The position numbers and the translations under genes are program-made. Source: Gemmatimonadaceae bacterium (GTDB lineage Bacteria; Gemmatimonadota; Gemmatimonadetes; Gemmatimonadales; Gemmatimonadaceae). From it: DNA of 64,000 nucleotides. The DNA lies in contig JBJMOW010000004.1 in NCBI GenBank assembly GCA_045803545.1, forward strand, positions 864,001 through 928,000, in the 5' to 3' direction. Of this stretch, positions 39,178 to 47,838 are shown piece after piece (position 1 is the first letter of the stretch; each line of letters starts with the position of its first letter). The notes under the pieces were generated by a model. The model was not told the DNA's origin. It saw only the letters and a program-made list of their open reading frames with translations, and did no database searches.

Positions 39178-40446
39178 TTACTCGATCAGCATCGCCGCCG
39201 GATCTTCAATCAGCTCCTTGACGCGGACGAGGAACTGCACCGCATGCGCACCTTCCACAAGGCGGTGGTCGTACGAGAGGGCGACGTACATCATCGGCCG
39301 TATCACGACCTGGCCGTTGATCGCAACCGGGCGATCCTGGATTTTGTGCAGGCCGAGTATGCCGACCTGCGGGTAATTGAGAATCGGGGTGGAGACCAGC
39401 GAGCCGAACACGCCACCGTTAGTAATGGTGAATGTGCCGCCTGTCAGATCATCCATCGTGAGCTTGCCGTCGCGCGCGCGCTTGGCGATTTCGCTGATAT
39501 CCCGGCTGATCTCGATCGTACCCTTGCGATCGGCATCCTTGATGTTGGGTACCACCAAACCGGCATCGGACGCCACCGCAATTCCCATGTTGACGTAATT
39601 GCGGTAGACGATGCTTTCTCCATCGATCATCGCGTTGATCGTCGGGAATTGCTTGAGCGCCATCACCGCTGAGCGGACGAAGAAGGGCATGAACGTCAGC
39701 TTGACGCCGTGTTCCTTCTCGACTCTGTCGCGATACTTCTCGCGCAGCGACGTCACCGCGCTCATGTCGACTTCGTTGAAGGTCGTGAGATGCGCCGTCG
39801 CTTTCTGCGATTGCAGCAGATTCTCCGCTATCTTCTTCCGACGCGTAGTCATCTTCTCGCGCGTCTCGCGCTCGCCCGGTGCAGCACCATTTCCCCGAGG
39901 TGCGGAGGTCGGCGCTGTCGGCCGCGCTCCACTCGGTGCGCTCGGCGCCTTCGGCGCACTGGTGCTCGCCGCTAACACATCGGGTTTGGAGACAACACCA
40001 CCGCGCCCAGTGCCTGCAACTGCCGCAATGTCGATCCCGCGATCGTCCGCGATGCGCCGTGCCGCCGGCGACGACTTCACAGTTTCAGATTGCGATATCG
40101 AGGGTGCGGCGGTCTGGCCGCGTGTGGCTGGCGGCGCGCTCACCGCTTCCCGCTCAGCGCTAACCGCCTCCCGCTTCCCGCCTCCCGCTTCCCGCGCGGC
40201 CGCGCCAGCGGCCGCCTCATCCTGCTCACCAAGGACTTCGTCGACTTTTACGACGTCGCCCTCGCTCTTGAGACGCTTGGTAAGCACCCCAGCCTTCTGC
40301 GCGGGAACTTCAACAGTGATTTTGTCGGTGTCGAGCTCGACGATGGTCTCGCCGGCGGCAACTGCATCCCCCTCGTTCTTGTGCCACTTCGAGACAGTAG
40401 CCTCGACGATCGACTCGCCAAGCGGTGGTACTTTTATGGGCAGCAT
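39178..40446 (-). CDS. sucB: 2-oxoglutarate dehydrogenase E2, dihydrolipoyllysine succinyltransferase
   Basis: Lipoyl [15 protein letters not shown]3-binding domain, [24 protein letters not shown]. Confidence 0.93.
   Translation of the reverse strand: MLPIKVPPLGESIVEATVSKWHKNEGDAVAAGETIVELDTDKITVEVPAQKAGVLTKRLKSEGDVVKVDEVLGEQDEAAAGAAAREAGGGKREAVSAEREAVSAPPATRGQTAAPSISQSETVKSSPAARRIADDRGIDIAAVAGTGRGGVVSKPDVLAASTSAPKAPSAPSGARPTAPTSAPRGNGAAPGERETREKMTTRRKKIAENLLQSQKATAHLTTFNEVDMSAVTSLREKYRDRVEKEHGVKLTFMPFFVRSAVMALKQFPTINAMIDGESIVYRNYVNMGIAVASDAGLVVPNIKDADRKGTIEISRDISEIAKRARDGKLTMDDLTGGTFTITNGGVFGSLVSTPILNYPQVGILGLHKIQDRPVAINGQVVIRPMMYVALSYDHRLVEGAHAVQFLVRVKELIEDPAAMLIE
40138..40195. repeat. Heptamer array (8 units) inside the sucB linker
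   Basis: GCTCACC GCTTCCC GCTCAGC GCTAACC GCCTCCC GCTTCCC GCCTCCC GCTTCCC; same unit as the intergenic arrays at 15736 and 57393. Confidence 0.75.
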
Positions 40447-40508
40447 TCAGAGTTATCCGAACGTGTATAATTCATTACTTCGACTGAATATAACGCTCGA
40501 ATAAACCC

Positions 40509-41558
40509 TTGCGAGCACTTACAATCTCGGCCCACGGCGGGCTCGATCAAATCGAGTACCGCACCGATCTGCCGAAGCCCGAGCCGCGCGTCGGCGAGGT
40601 GCGCGTCCGCGTCAGGGCTGCCAGCCTCAATCATCTGGATCTATTCGTTGTCGGTGGATTGCCGGGCCTCAAGATCATGCCGCCCTGGATACTCGGCGCC
40701 GATGCGACCGGTGTCGTCGACGCGATCGGCGATCTGAGTGTCTCGCCCGATCATCACGTGAAGGTCGGCGATACGGTGATCGTGAATCCCGGCATCAGCG
40801 ACTACACTTGCGAGTACTGCCAGGCCGGCGAACACTCGCTCTGCGTCTCGTTCAAACTGCTCGGCGAGCATCTGCCGGGGACGATTGCGGAGTACATCGT
40901 TGTCCCCGCGCACAATCTGCGTGCGATACCGAAGGACAAACCAGTCGAGCACGCCGCCGCATTCACGCTCTCGCACCTGACCGCGTGGCGCATGGTGGTG
41001 ACGCGCGCCCGCGTGAAGAAGGACGACGACGTATTGATCTGGGGTATCGGTGGTGGTGTCGCGTTGGCGGCGCTCGAGCTCGTTCGGCTGATCGGTGCGA
41101 CGGCGTGGGTGACGTCACACGACGACGCCAAGCTCGCCCTCGCGCGCGGACTCGGCGCCGAACATTTCCTGAATTACACTCAGACTGATGTGGGAAAGGA
41201 AGTTCGCGCTCGCAGCAACAAGCGCGGCGTCAACGTCGTCATCGACACCGTCGGTGAAGCGACGTGGCAGCAATCGCTGACTTCGCTTGGGAAACGCGGA
41301 CGCCTGGTCACCTGCGGTGCGACGTCGGGCCCGATGGTGCAGATGGACGTGCGCCGGCTATTCTGGAATCAGTGGGACATCATGGGCTCGACGATGGGGA
41401 ACGAATCCGAATTCGACGCCATCACCGAGCAATTCACGCAGGGTCGGGTAACTCCCCTGGTCGATTCGGTGTTCGACATCCAGCACGGCCGCCAGGCATT
41501 CGAGCGACTCGCCAGCGGCCAGCAGTTCGGCAAAGTCGTGATTCGCATTCCCGACTGA
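40509..41558 (+). CDS. Zinc-binding medium-chain dehydrogenase/reductase
   Basis: SLNHLD, GAD, CEYC...C partial structural Zn site, WGIGGGVA, GATSG, GKVVI; TTG start. Confidence 0.88.
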   Translation: MRALTISAHGGLDQIEYRTDLPKPEPRVGEVRVRVRAASLNHLDLFVVGGLPGLKIMPPWILGADATGVVDAIGDLSVSPDHHVKVGDTVIVNPGISDYTCEYCQAGEHSLCVSFKLLGEHLPGTIAEYIVVPAHNLRAIPKDKPVEHAAAFTLSHLTAWRMVVTRARVKKDDDVLIWGIGGGVALAALELVRLIGATAWVTSHDDAKLALARGLGAEHFLNYTQTDVGKEVRARSNKRGVNVVIDTVGEATWQQSLTSLGKRGRLVTCGATSGPMVQMDVRRLFWNQWDIMGSTMGNESEFDAITEQFTQGRVTPLVDSVFDIQHGRQAFERLASGQQFGKVVIRIPD

Positions 41559-41785
41559 TGGCCGACAACACTGCGCAGTACACGCCCGCCGAGCTGCAGG
41601 CGATTCGCTCAGACTTTACTGATGGTAGAATCCCAATCTGTCCCCGCTGCCATGTCGCCATGACTCGCCGCGAGATCGGCGGCGGCTCATTCGGTCTCGG
41701 CTACGCGCGTCAGCGAGATTGGCTGATCTGCGCGAAGTGCCGGCGGTCCGCGATCTTCGACGTTCACCGCGGAACTAGGACTTAG
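41558..41785 (+). CDS. Small Zn-ribbon protein (CPRC...CAKC)
   Basis: 75 aa from ATG 41558 (TGATG overlap with the upstream stop); two CxxC pairs. Confidence 0.7.
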   Translation: MADNTAQYTPAELQAIRSDFTDGRIPICPRCHVAMTRREIGGGSFGLGYARQRDWLICAKCRRSAIFDVHRGTRT

Positions 41786-41793
41786 CACTCTTT

Positions 41794-41962
41794 GACTGAG
41801 GGCCGAGGACCAACTGCATCGATCATCGCGGACTAATTGCTGATCAAGGACAATCGAGGACCTCGTCGGTTGTCTGCACTCCTCACTTAATCAGCAATCA
41901 TCGATGCACTTAGTCCTTAGGCCTCAGTCATCACCATGCACTTAGTCTTCGGGCCTCGGTCA
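41794..41962. repeat. Palindromic element copy 2 (41794-41929) plus a partial extra right arm
   Basis: Left arm 47/51 identical to copy 1 (hand count); right end TAGTCCTTAGGCCTCAGTC; duplicate arm ATGCACTTAGTCTTCGGGCCTCGGTCA at 41936-41962. Confidence 0.85.
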
Positions 41963-41966
41963 ATAT

Positions 41967-42749
41967 CTACGTTCGGGGCGCCGCCGGCTTAGCCGCATAA
42001 ATGAAGTCGTAGTAATCCCTCATCTCCAGCTCCGAGGCCGCGTCATTGTCGACGATGACGGTGGCATCGCGATGCAACTGGAGCGCGCTGGCTGTGATCA
42101 TGCTCGAGACCGGTCCCTCGACCGCCTCCGCAATCGCCCGCGCCTTCGACTTCCCGCTCGCAACCAGCAACAGCTGCCGCGCCTCGAGAATCGTTCCGAC
42201 TCCCATCGTGATCGCGTAGACGGGCACGTCTTCGCGCCGATCAAAGAATCGCGCGTTATCGCCGATCGTCTGCATCGACAGCGTTTTCAGACGAGTGCGT
42301 GAACTGAGCGAGCTGGTTGGCTCGTTGAAGGCAATGTGGCCGTCGCTGCCGATGCCGAGAATCTGCAGGTCGATCCCGCCAGATTCCATGATCCGCTTTT
42401 CGTACCAGTCGCAAAACGCCGGATAATTGCTGGTCGTGCCCGACGGCACGTTGATGTTCTGCGGCTGAACGTTCACGTGCTGGAAGAAATTCTCCTGCAT
42501 GAAGTAGCCGTAACTCTGCGGATGATTGCTGGGCAGGCCAACATATTCATCGAGGTTGAATGTCACCACTCGCGAGAAATCGAGCTGTCCACGCTGGTAC
42601 ATTCGCACCAGCTCCTGGTAAAGCCCGAGTGGCGTCGATCCCGTCGCCATCCCCAGCACCGCGTTGGGTTTGGTGTTGAGCAGCTCGGCGACCATCTCGG
42701 CCGCGAGCTTGCTCATCTCGTTGTAGTTCTGCCTGATGACTACTTCCAT
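41967..42749 (-). CDS. nagB: Glucosamine-6-phosphate deaminase
   Basis: GMATGSTP, FNLDEYVGL, GIGSDGHIAFNEP, AITMGVGTI. Confidence 0.95.
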   Translation of the reverse strand: MEVVIRQNYNEMSKLAAEMVAELLNTKPNAVLGMATGSTPLGLYQELVRMYQRGQLDFSRVVTFNLDEYVGLPSNHPQSYGYFMQENFFQHVNVQPQNINVPSGTTSNYPAFCDWYEKRIMESGGIDLQILGIGSDGHIAFNEPTSSLSSRTRLKTLSMQTIGDNARFFDRREDVPVYAITMGVGTILEARQLLLVASGKSKARAIAEAVEGPVSSMITASALQLHRDATVIVDNDAASELEMRDYYDFIYAAKPAAPRT

Positions 42750-42882
42750 GAGGTTCTCATCCCCGGTTCATGCTCCGTCCGTGAAGACTGCGGCTATACG
42801 CTCGTTCAATCCGCATTATGCGAAAATCGATCGGTGTCGGCAACGTTTGAGACTGCTGCACGATTAAAGCAATACATCGTCG

Positions 42883-42909
42883 GGAATAACCCCGCTCCTC
42901 GTCGGGTCA
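42883..42909 (+). promoter_or_regulatory. Putative ECF sigma promoter (GGAATA-N17-GTCA)
   Basis: GGAATAaccccgctcctcgtcggGTCAT, about 42 bp upstream of ATG 42952; same motif and spacing at 43678. Confidence 0.6.
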
Positions 42910-42951
42910 TAAGTACTAACACCGGACTCAAAGACTTTACGAGGAGTAAAG

Positions 42952-43755
42952 ATGCGGATAATCCAAAGCGGCGCCCGGTTGATGCTTGGCGCTGCACTAG
43001 CGTTTGGCAGCCTGGCCTGTAGTCAGATTCAGCACGTCGAGGCCGCACCTGTAGGAGCGATCGCAGATTCGATGCCCGGTGCAGACAGGAGAACGTCTGC
43101 TCCGGTAAAGATGGATAGCAAAACACTGGTCGCTGATTTAAAACAGGGCGGCTATGTGATTGTCTTTCGCCACGCACCCACCAACCGTGATCAAGCTGAT
43201 ACTGATCCGCTGAACTATTCCGACACAACTCACCAGCGGTTGTTGAGTGATAAGGGTCGTGAGCTCGCCGCCGAAATCGGCGTCGCATTTCTCGAGCTGA
43301 AAATCCCGGTGGGCAGAGTCTACACGAGCGAGTACAGTCGCGCGATTCAAACCGGGAAACTGATCGGTGGCCGCGACGTGACGCCAACTATCGACGTTAC
43401 AGAAGGCGGCCTGGTAGCGACTCCGATCGAAAACGATCGACGGACTGCCGCGCTCAAAGCGTTGGCTGCTACTCCGCCTGCAGCCGGCACTAATACCATC
43501 ATCGTCACACACAAGCCGAATCTCGTCGACGCGTTTGGCGTGGACTGGGTCAGCTCGACGGAAGCCGACGCAGCAGTGTTCAAACCCGATGGATACGACC
43601 ACGCCACACTGGTCGCGAGAGTGGCGCCCCTCGAATGGATCAAGATCGCGACACCTGCACCTATCACTGACCACCTTGGAATAAAACCGGGCGAGTCCAG
43701 GTCTTTTAAGTCGAAGCGTCAGTATTCGACAATCCCTGGAGATCGATTTCTATGA
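42952..43755 (+). CDS. Histidine phosphatase superfamily lipoprotein
   Basis: Lipobox LAC, FRHA, LSDKG, S...RA.QT, VTH. Confidence 0.82.
   Translation: MRIIQSGARLMLGAALAFGSLACSQIQHVEAAPVGAIADSMPGADRRTSAPVKMDSKTLVADLKQGGYVIVFRHAPTNRDQADTDPLNYSDTTHQRLLSDKGRELAAEIGVAFLELKIPVGRVYTSEYSRAIQTGKLIGGRDVTPTIDVTEGGLVATPIENDRRTAALKALAATPPAAGTNTIIVTHKPNLVDAFGVDWVSSTEADAAVFKPDGYDHATLVARVAPLEWIKIATPAPITDHLGIKPGESRSFKSKRQYSTIPGDRFL
43678..43704 (+). promoter_or_regulatory. Putative ECF sigma promoter (GGAATA-N17-GTCT)
   Basis: GGAATAaaaccgggcgagtccagGTCTT, about 47 bp upstream of ATG 43752. Confidence 0.6.
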
Positions 43756-45092
43756 GTCACGACGATCGCAACCCCGAAAAATTCGACGAGCAAGGCAACA
43801 CTCGTCCGAACGGCTCCAATTACATAAGCGATCTTCTGACCGAAGACGGGATCGATCGTCGCGGTTTCCTCAAGTGCATGGCATGGGCAGGAACGGCCAC
43901 CGTCTGGGGACTCGCCGGAGGAATTCCAACTTCGTTCCGCCTGAACTCACTCAATTCGCTAACCGAATCTCAGCGTAAGAGCGTGTTCTTCGCGCAGATC
44001 AGCGACAGCCATATCGGCTTCAGCAAGGAAGCCAACAAGGATGTCACAGCGACGCTGCAGGAAGCGGTAGGCAAGCTGAACTCACTGCCGCAGCGACCGG
44101 CCTTGGTACTGCACACCGGCGACATCACTCAGCTCGCTAAGACCGACGAATTCGACACCGCCAATGAGGTGCTGAAAAGCGTCAAAACCGATCGAATCTT
44201 CTACGTCCCCGGCGAGCACGATGTCGCATCCGATAATGGCGCGTCTTACCTGCAGAGATACGGCAAAAACACCAGGGGCGGCGGCTGGTACAGCTTCGAC
44301 CACTCCGGCGTTCACTTCGTCGGGCTTGTCAACGTGCTCAATCTCAAGGCCGGCGGGCTCGGCTCGCTCGGCGCCGAGCAGGTAGCGTGGCTCAGGAAAG
44401 ACGTCAGCGGTCTCTCGAGCAGCATACCCATTGTGTTGTTCGCCCACGTTCCGTTATGGACAGTTTATCCGGAATGGGGCTGGGGCACCGATGACTCCGA
44501 GCAGGCATTGGCACTGCTGAAACGCTTCGGATCTGTCACGGTGTTGAATGGCCACATCCATCAGATCATGCAGAAGGTGGAGGGAAATGTGTCCTTTCAC
44601 ACGGCGATGTCGACTGCGTTTCCGCAGCCAACGCCGGGGACGGCGCCGGCGCCCGGACCTATGAAGGTCGAACCGGACCGTCTCAAGAGCGTGCTCGGCA
44701 TCACCGACGTGACTTTTGTTCCTGGTCGCAGCGCACTTGCTGTCGTCGATGCAACGCTGTCAGGTCAGCCGCCCGCGTTCGAGCAGGCAAGTCGCGAAGC
44801 AATGCAGCGCCGGCAGACAGCGCGGAAAAGCATCACCCTCGCCGCCAATGAGATCGGAATCGACAACTTCAAGTTCGGCCCGGCAACCTTGACGGTCGCG
44901 CGCGGGACGAAGGTAACGTGGATCAACAATGATGATGTCCCGCACCTGATTGTGAATGTTGAAAACAAATTCAGGCAATCGCCCGTTTTGGATTCGGATC
45001 AGAAATTCTCGGTGAGTCTTACCAAGCCGGGCACTTACAACTATTTCTGCTCACTGCATCCGATGATGGTTGGCAAGATCATCGTCACATAG
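43752..45092 (+). CDS. Tat-exported metallophosphoesterase fused to a C-terminal cupredoxin domain
   Basis: DRRGFLK Tat motif; SDSH, TGD, GEHD, AH, GHIH; C-terminal VTWIN.D..PH...YFCSLHPMM type-1 Cu ligands (H, C, H, M). Confidence 0.9.
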   Translation: MSHDDRNPEKFDEQGNTRPNGSNYISDLLTEDGIDRRGFLKCMAWAGTATVWGLAGGIPTSFRLNSLNSLTESQRKSVFFAQISDSHIGFSKEANKDVTATLQEAVGKLNSLPQRPALVLHTGDITQLAKTDEFDTANEVLKSVKTDRIFYVPGEHDVASDNGASYLQRYGKNTRGGGWYSFDHSGVHFVGLVNVLNLKAGGLGSLGAEQVAWLRKDVSGLSSSIPIVLFAHVPLWTVYPEWGWGTDDSEQALALLKRFGSVTVLNGHIHQIMQKVEGNVSFHTAMSTAFPQPTPGTAPAPGPMKVEPDRLKSVLGITDVTFVPGRSALAVVDATLSGQPPAFEQASREAMQRRQTARKSITLAANEIGIDNFKFGPATLTVARGTKVTWINNDDVPHLIVNVENKFRQSPVLDSDQKFSVSLTKPGTYNYFCSLHPMMVGKIIVT

Positions 45093-45096
45093 AGCA

Positions 45097-45621
45097 ATGC
45101 CAGACACACAGATCGAACAATTCGAGCGAGTGGTGATGCCTCATCTCAATGACGCATACACCCTCGCTCGTTACCTCCTGCACGACGAGCACGATGCGCA
45201 AGACGTCGTGCAGGACGCGGTGTTGCGCGCAATCAGGCACATCGATGGATTCCGTCACGGTGATGCGCGCGCGTGGCTCCTCACCATCGTGCGAAACTGC
45301 TGCTACACCTGGCACAAATCTCACAAGCGCGATCGCTCCAACGTTTCACTCTCGGATGACAGCGCGCTAATGGTCGCAGATACAAGCTCGGCGGACGACG
45401 CAACGATCAGAGCATCAGATAACGAGCTCATTCGCGACGCTGTTGATAAGCTGCCCGCTGAATTACGCGAAGTGCTGGTGCTGCGCGAGCTGAACGAGCT
45501 GTCCTATCGCGAGATCAGCGAAGTCGTCGGAGTGCCAATGGGCACCGTGATGTCGCGGTTGTCACGCGCGCGCGAGAAGCTGGCGTCGGTACTGGGCGAA
45601 GGAACAAGGAAGGCCGGATGA
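45097..45621 (+). CDS. ECF RNA polymerase sigma factor
   Basis: DAQDVVQD, AWLLTIVRN, LSYREI...GTVMSRLSRAR. Confidence 0.93.
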   Translation: MPDTQIEQFERVVMPHLNDAYTLARYLLHDEHDAQDVVQDAVLRAIRHIDGFRHGDARAWLLTIVRNCCYTWHKSHKRDRSNVSLSDDSALMVADTSSADDATIRASDNELIRDAVDKLPAELREVLVLRELNELSYREISEVVGVPMGTVMSRLSRAREKLASVLGEGTRKAG

Positions 45622-46391
45622 CTTGTAAAGAGTGTCTCGACAGTCTCAACGCATACGTCGACGGTGAGCTGGCCGCTGACGAAGCTGCCACCGTACGCGA
45701 TCATCTCGCGAGCTGCGACGATTGCGCCGCACAACACACACGACTCGTTGAAGGAACAATGCGGCTCAAGGGGGCGCTGATGCGTTACGAAGCACCTGAT
45801 GTCCTGAAAGCGCGTCTTCGCGCCCGCCTGACGAGGCCCGACCCGGAGATTGTCGCGGCACAGCCGCGCGTCCCGTTCTTCCGCGCCGTTCGCTGGCCGA
45901 CTGCGATTGCTGCCGCGGCGATGGTGGCTGTTCTTAGCAGCGCGGCCACCCTCTCACTCGCGAACCGGAAATCAGGCGCCGACGCAATTCAGAGTGAGCT
46001 CCTCGCCAGCCACATCAGATCGTTGATGCCCGGCCATCTCACCGATGTCGCCTCGAACGATCAGCACAACGTGAAGCCGTGGTTCAACGGTCGAGTCGAC
46101 ATGTCGCCGAATGTCCCCCGACTGGATTCGCTCGGCTTCCCGCTCGTTGGCGGCCGAATCGATTACATCAATGGCCGCAGCGTTCCCGTGATCGTCTACA
46201 CACGCCGCCAGCACGTGATCAACGTGTACGGATGACCGTCGAACACAGTCGGCGACAAGCCGGTCACCGCCAGCAGTCACGGCTACAATCTCATTCGGGT
46301 GCCAGTGAACGGAGAGGAGATGTGGGTCGTTTCCGATCTCAACCGGAACGAGCTCGAAGGCTTCGTCAGGCTATTAGTGGGGACGAGCTAG
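45618..46391 (+). pseudogene. Zinc-finger (HxxxCxxC) membrane anti-sigma factor interrupted by an in-frame TGA at 46233
   Basis: HLASCDDC, one TM helix, H.VKPWFNG, LVGGR, HVINVYG*, then the same frame continues PSNT...GYNL...MWVVSDLNRNELEGF to TAG 46391. Confidence 0.85.
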
Positions 46392-46458
46392 CAGCGGCGA
46401 AGGGCATTACGACTCTTAAACCGGGATGCGGGCACTGACAGTCCGCTATTTTTCCCGG

Positions 46459-47838
46459 ATGTCCTTGACTCGCACTTTAGCCTTCCTGGGCGCCCTCGCT
46501 CTTTGGAGCGCAAAATCGCAATCGCAGATCGTTGAACGCCCGGTCCCATTCGATAACAACGGCCGGGTGATGGTGATGACACCGTACATCGCCGAGCGCG
46601 CTTCGTTGCGCGCTCCATGGTGGCCGGTGGCCGGCGAATTCAACGACGCGCGGATGTTCACCACCAACGACTCCACGTTCGTGCTGGCAGTGAGTCGCAA
46701 GTCCGGAGTCGTCGAGCGCTACACCATTTCGGTTGCCGATCGCGATGCCATTCGTGCGATCGTATCGCGACTGCCGAGCGATGTGATCGCCGCGAGGACC
46801 GACGCGCGCAATGCGTTCGTCAAGAATCAAACCTTCCTCGGTTTGCTGGTGTATGGGCCTGCTTTCTCTGAAGCAATCGCCGACAACGATGCAGGTCGAA
46901 CTGCCGGGTACCTCGTCGTTGCCGGGGGCAGCTTTTTCGCTGCCTCCGAGATCGCGCGCCGGTCATCCATTTCGCGGGCACAGAGCGACCTGTCATTCAA
47001 CATGGGACATAATGGCGCACTACTTGGTTGGGGCGGCGCTTACCTATTCAAGGGTGGCGATCGTGCCCAGGCAGCGAGCGCGTTTGTCGGTGGGCTCGCG
47101 GGTACCGCGATCGGGCTTGGGATCGGACGCGGGATGACTGAGGCCGATGCAGCGGGCGCCGCTTTCGGATCCGACATCGGTGCCCTGATTGGTTGGGGAA
47201 CAGCCGAGGCAATTCGCGGCCCGGAAAAATGCACGGTCGCGGTCCTGACTCCGGGCAGTCCCTTCACAGCGCCAACCTGTTCAAGAAGTCTCTCGGATCG
47301 CACCGAGGTGGGCATCGTGATCGCAGCAGGCCTGATTGGCTATCAGTTCGGAGTTCTCTATCCCCGCAACTCGGCGTACCACGTTACGCCAGGCGACATC
47401 CACGCACTGTGGAGCACGACTCTGCTCGGCATGACTACCTTCGGCGCTTTCCTGGGCGAAAACAGCACTAGCCGCCAGACCGCAGTAGCGCTCACCACTG
47501 GCGGAGTAGTTGGGATTATTGCCGGCGACAGGTTCCTCGCCCAGCGATTCGATCACAGTCGAACGGAAGGGGGCCGGCTTTTCCTCGGTACTGCCGCTGG
47601 TGGCTTGATGGGGGCCGGCATCGCCGCGCTCGCCCAACAGCATAACCCGAGTCCCCATTTGGTTTTAGGCCTCGGCGCCGTTGGCGGTTTGGCTGGCCTG
47701 ATCGCAACCGAGTACTACCTCGATCCGGCCTCCGACGCCGGAACGCCAAGAGTTAGTGTAAGTTTCAGTACTGCTGGGCTTGCCGCGACCGCGTCTCGAA
47801 TTCCCGGGAACCACTCGATTATCGACGTGAGGTTCTAG
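46459..47838 (+). CDS. Exported Gly/Ala-rich multi-helix hypothetical protein ending in Phe
   Basis: Signal peptide, repeated glycine-zipper helices, C-terminal IIDVRF. Confidence 0.75.
   Translation: MSLTRTLAFLGALALWSAKSQSQIVERPVPFDNNGRVMVMTPYIAERASLRAPWWPVAGEFNDARMFTTNDSTFVLAVSRKSGVVERYTISVADRDAIRAIVSRLPSDVIAARTDARNAFVKNQTFLGLLVYGPAFSEAIADNDAGRTAGYLVVAGGSFFAASEIARRSSISRAQSDLSFNMGHNGALLGWGGAYLFKGGDRAQAASAFVGGLAGTAIGLGIGRGMTEADAAGAAFGSDIGALIGWGTAEAIRGPEKCTVAVLTPGSPFTAPTCSRSLSDRTEVGIVIAAGLIGYQFGVLYPRNSAYHVTPGDIHALWSTTLLGMTTFGAFLGENSTSRQTAVALTTGGVVGIIAGDRFLAQRFDHSRTEGGRLFLGTAAGGLMGAGIAALAQQHNPSPHLVLGLGAVGGLAGLIATEYYLDPASDAGTPRVSVSFSTAGLAATASRIPGNHSIIDVRF

Noticed and set aside
46233..46235. 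TGA as selenocysteine or as genetic-code reassignment
   Set aside because: The context suggests Trp rather than Cys, I saw no convincing SECIS hairpin, and TGA ends many intact genes in the window.
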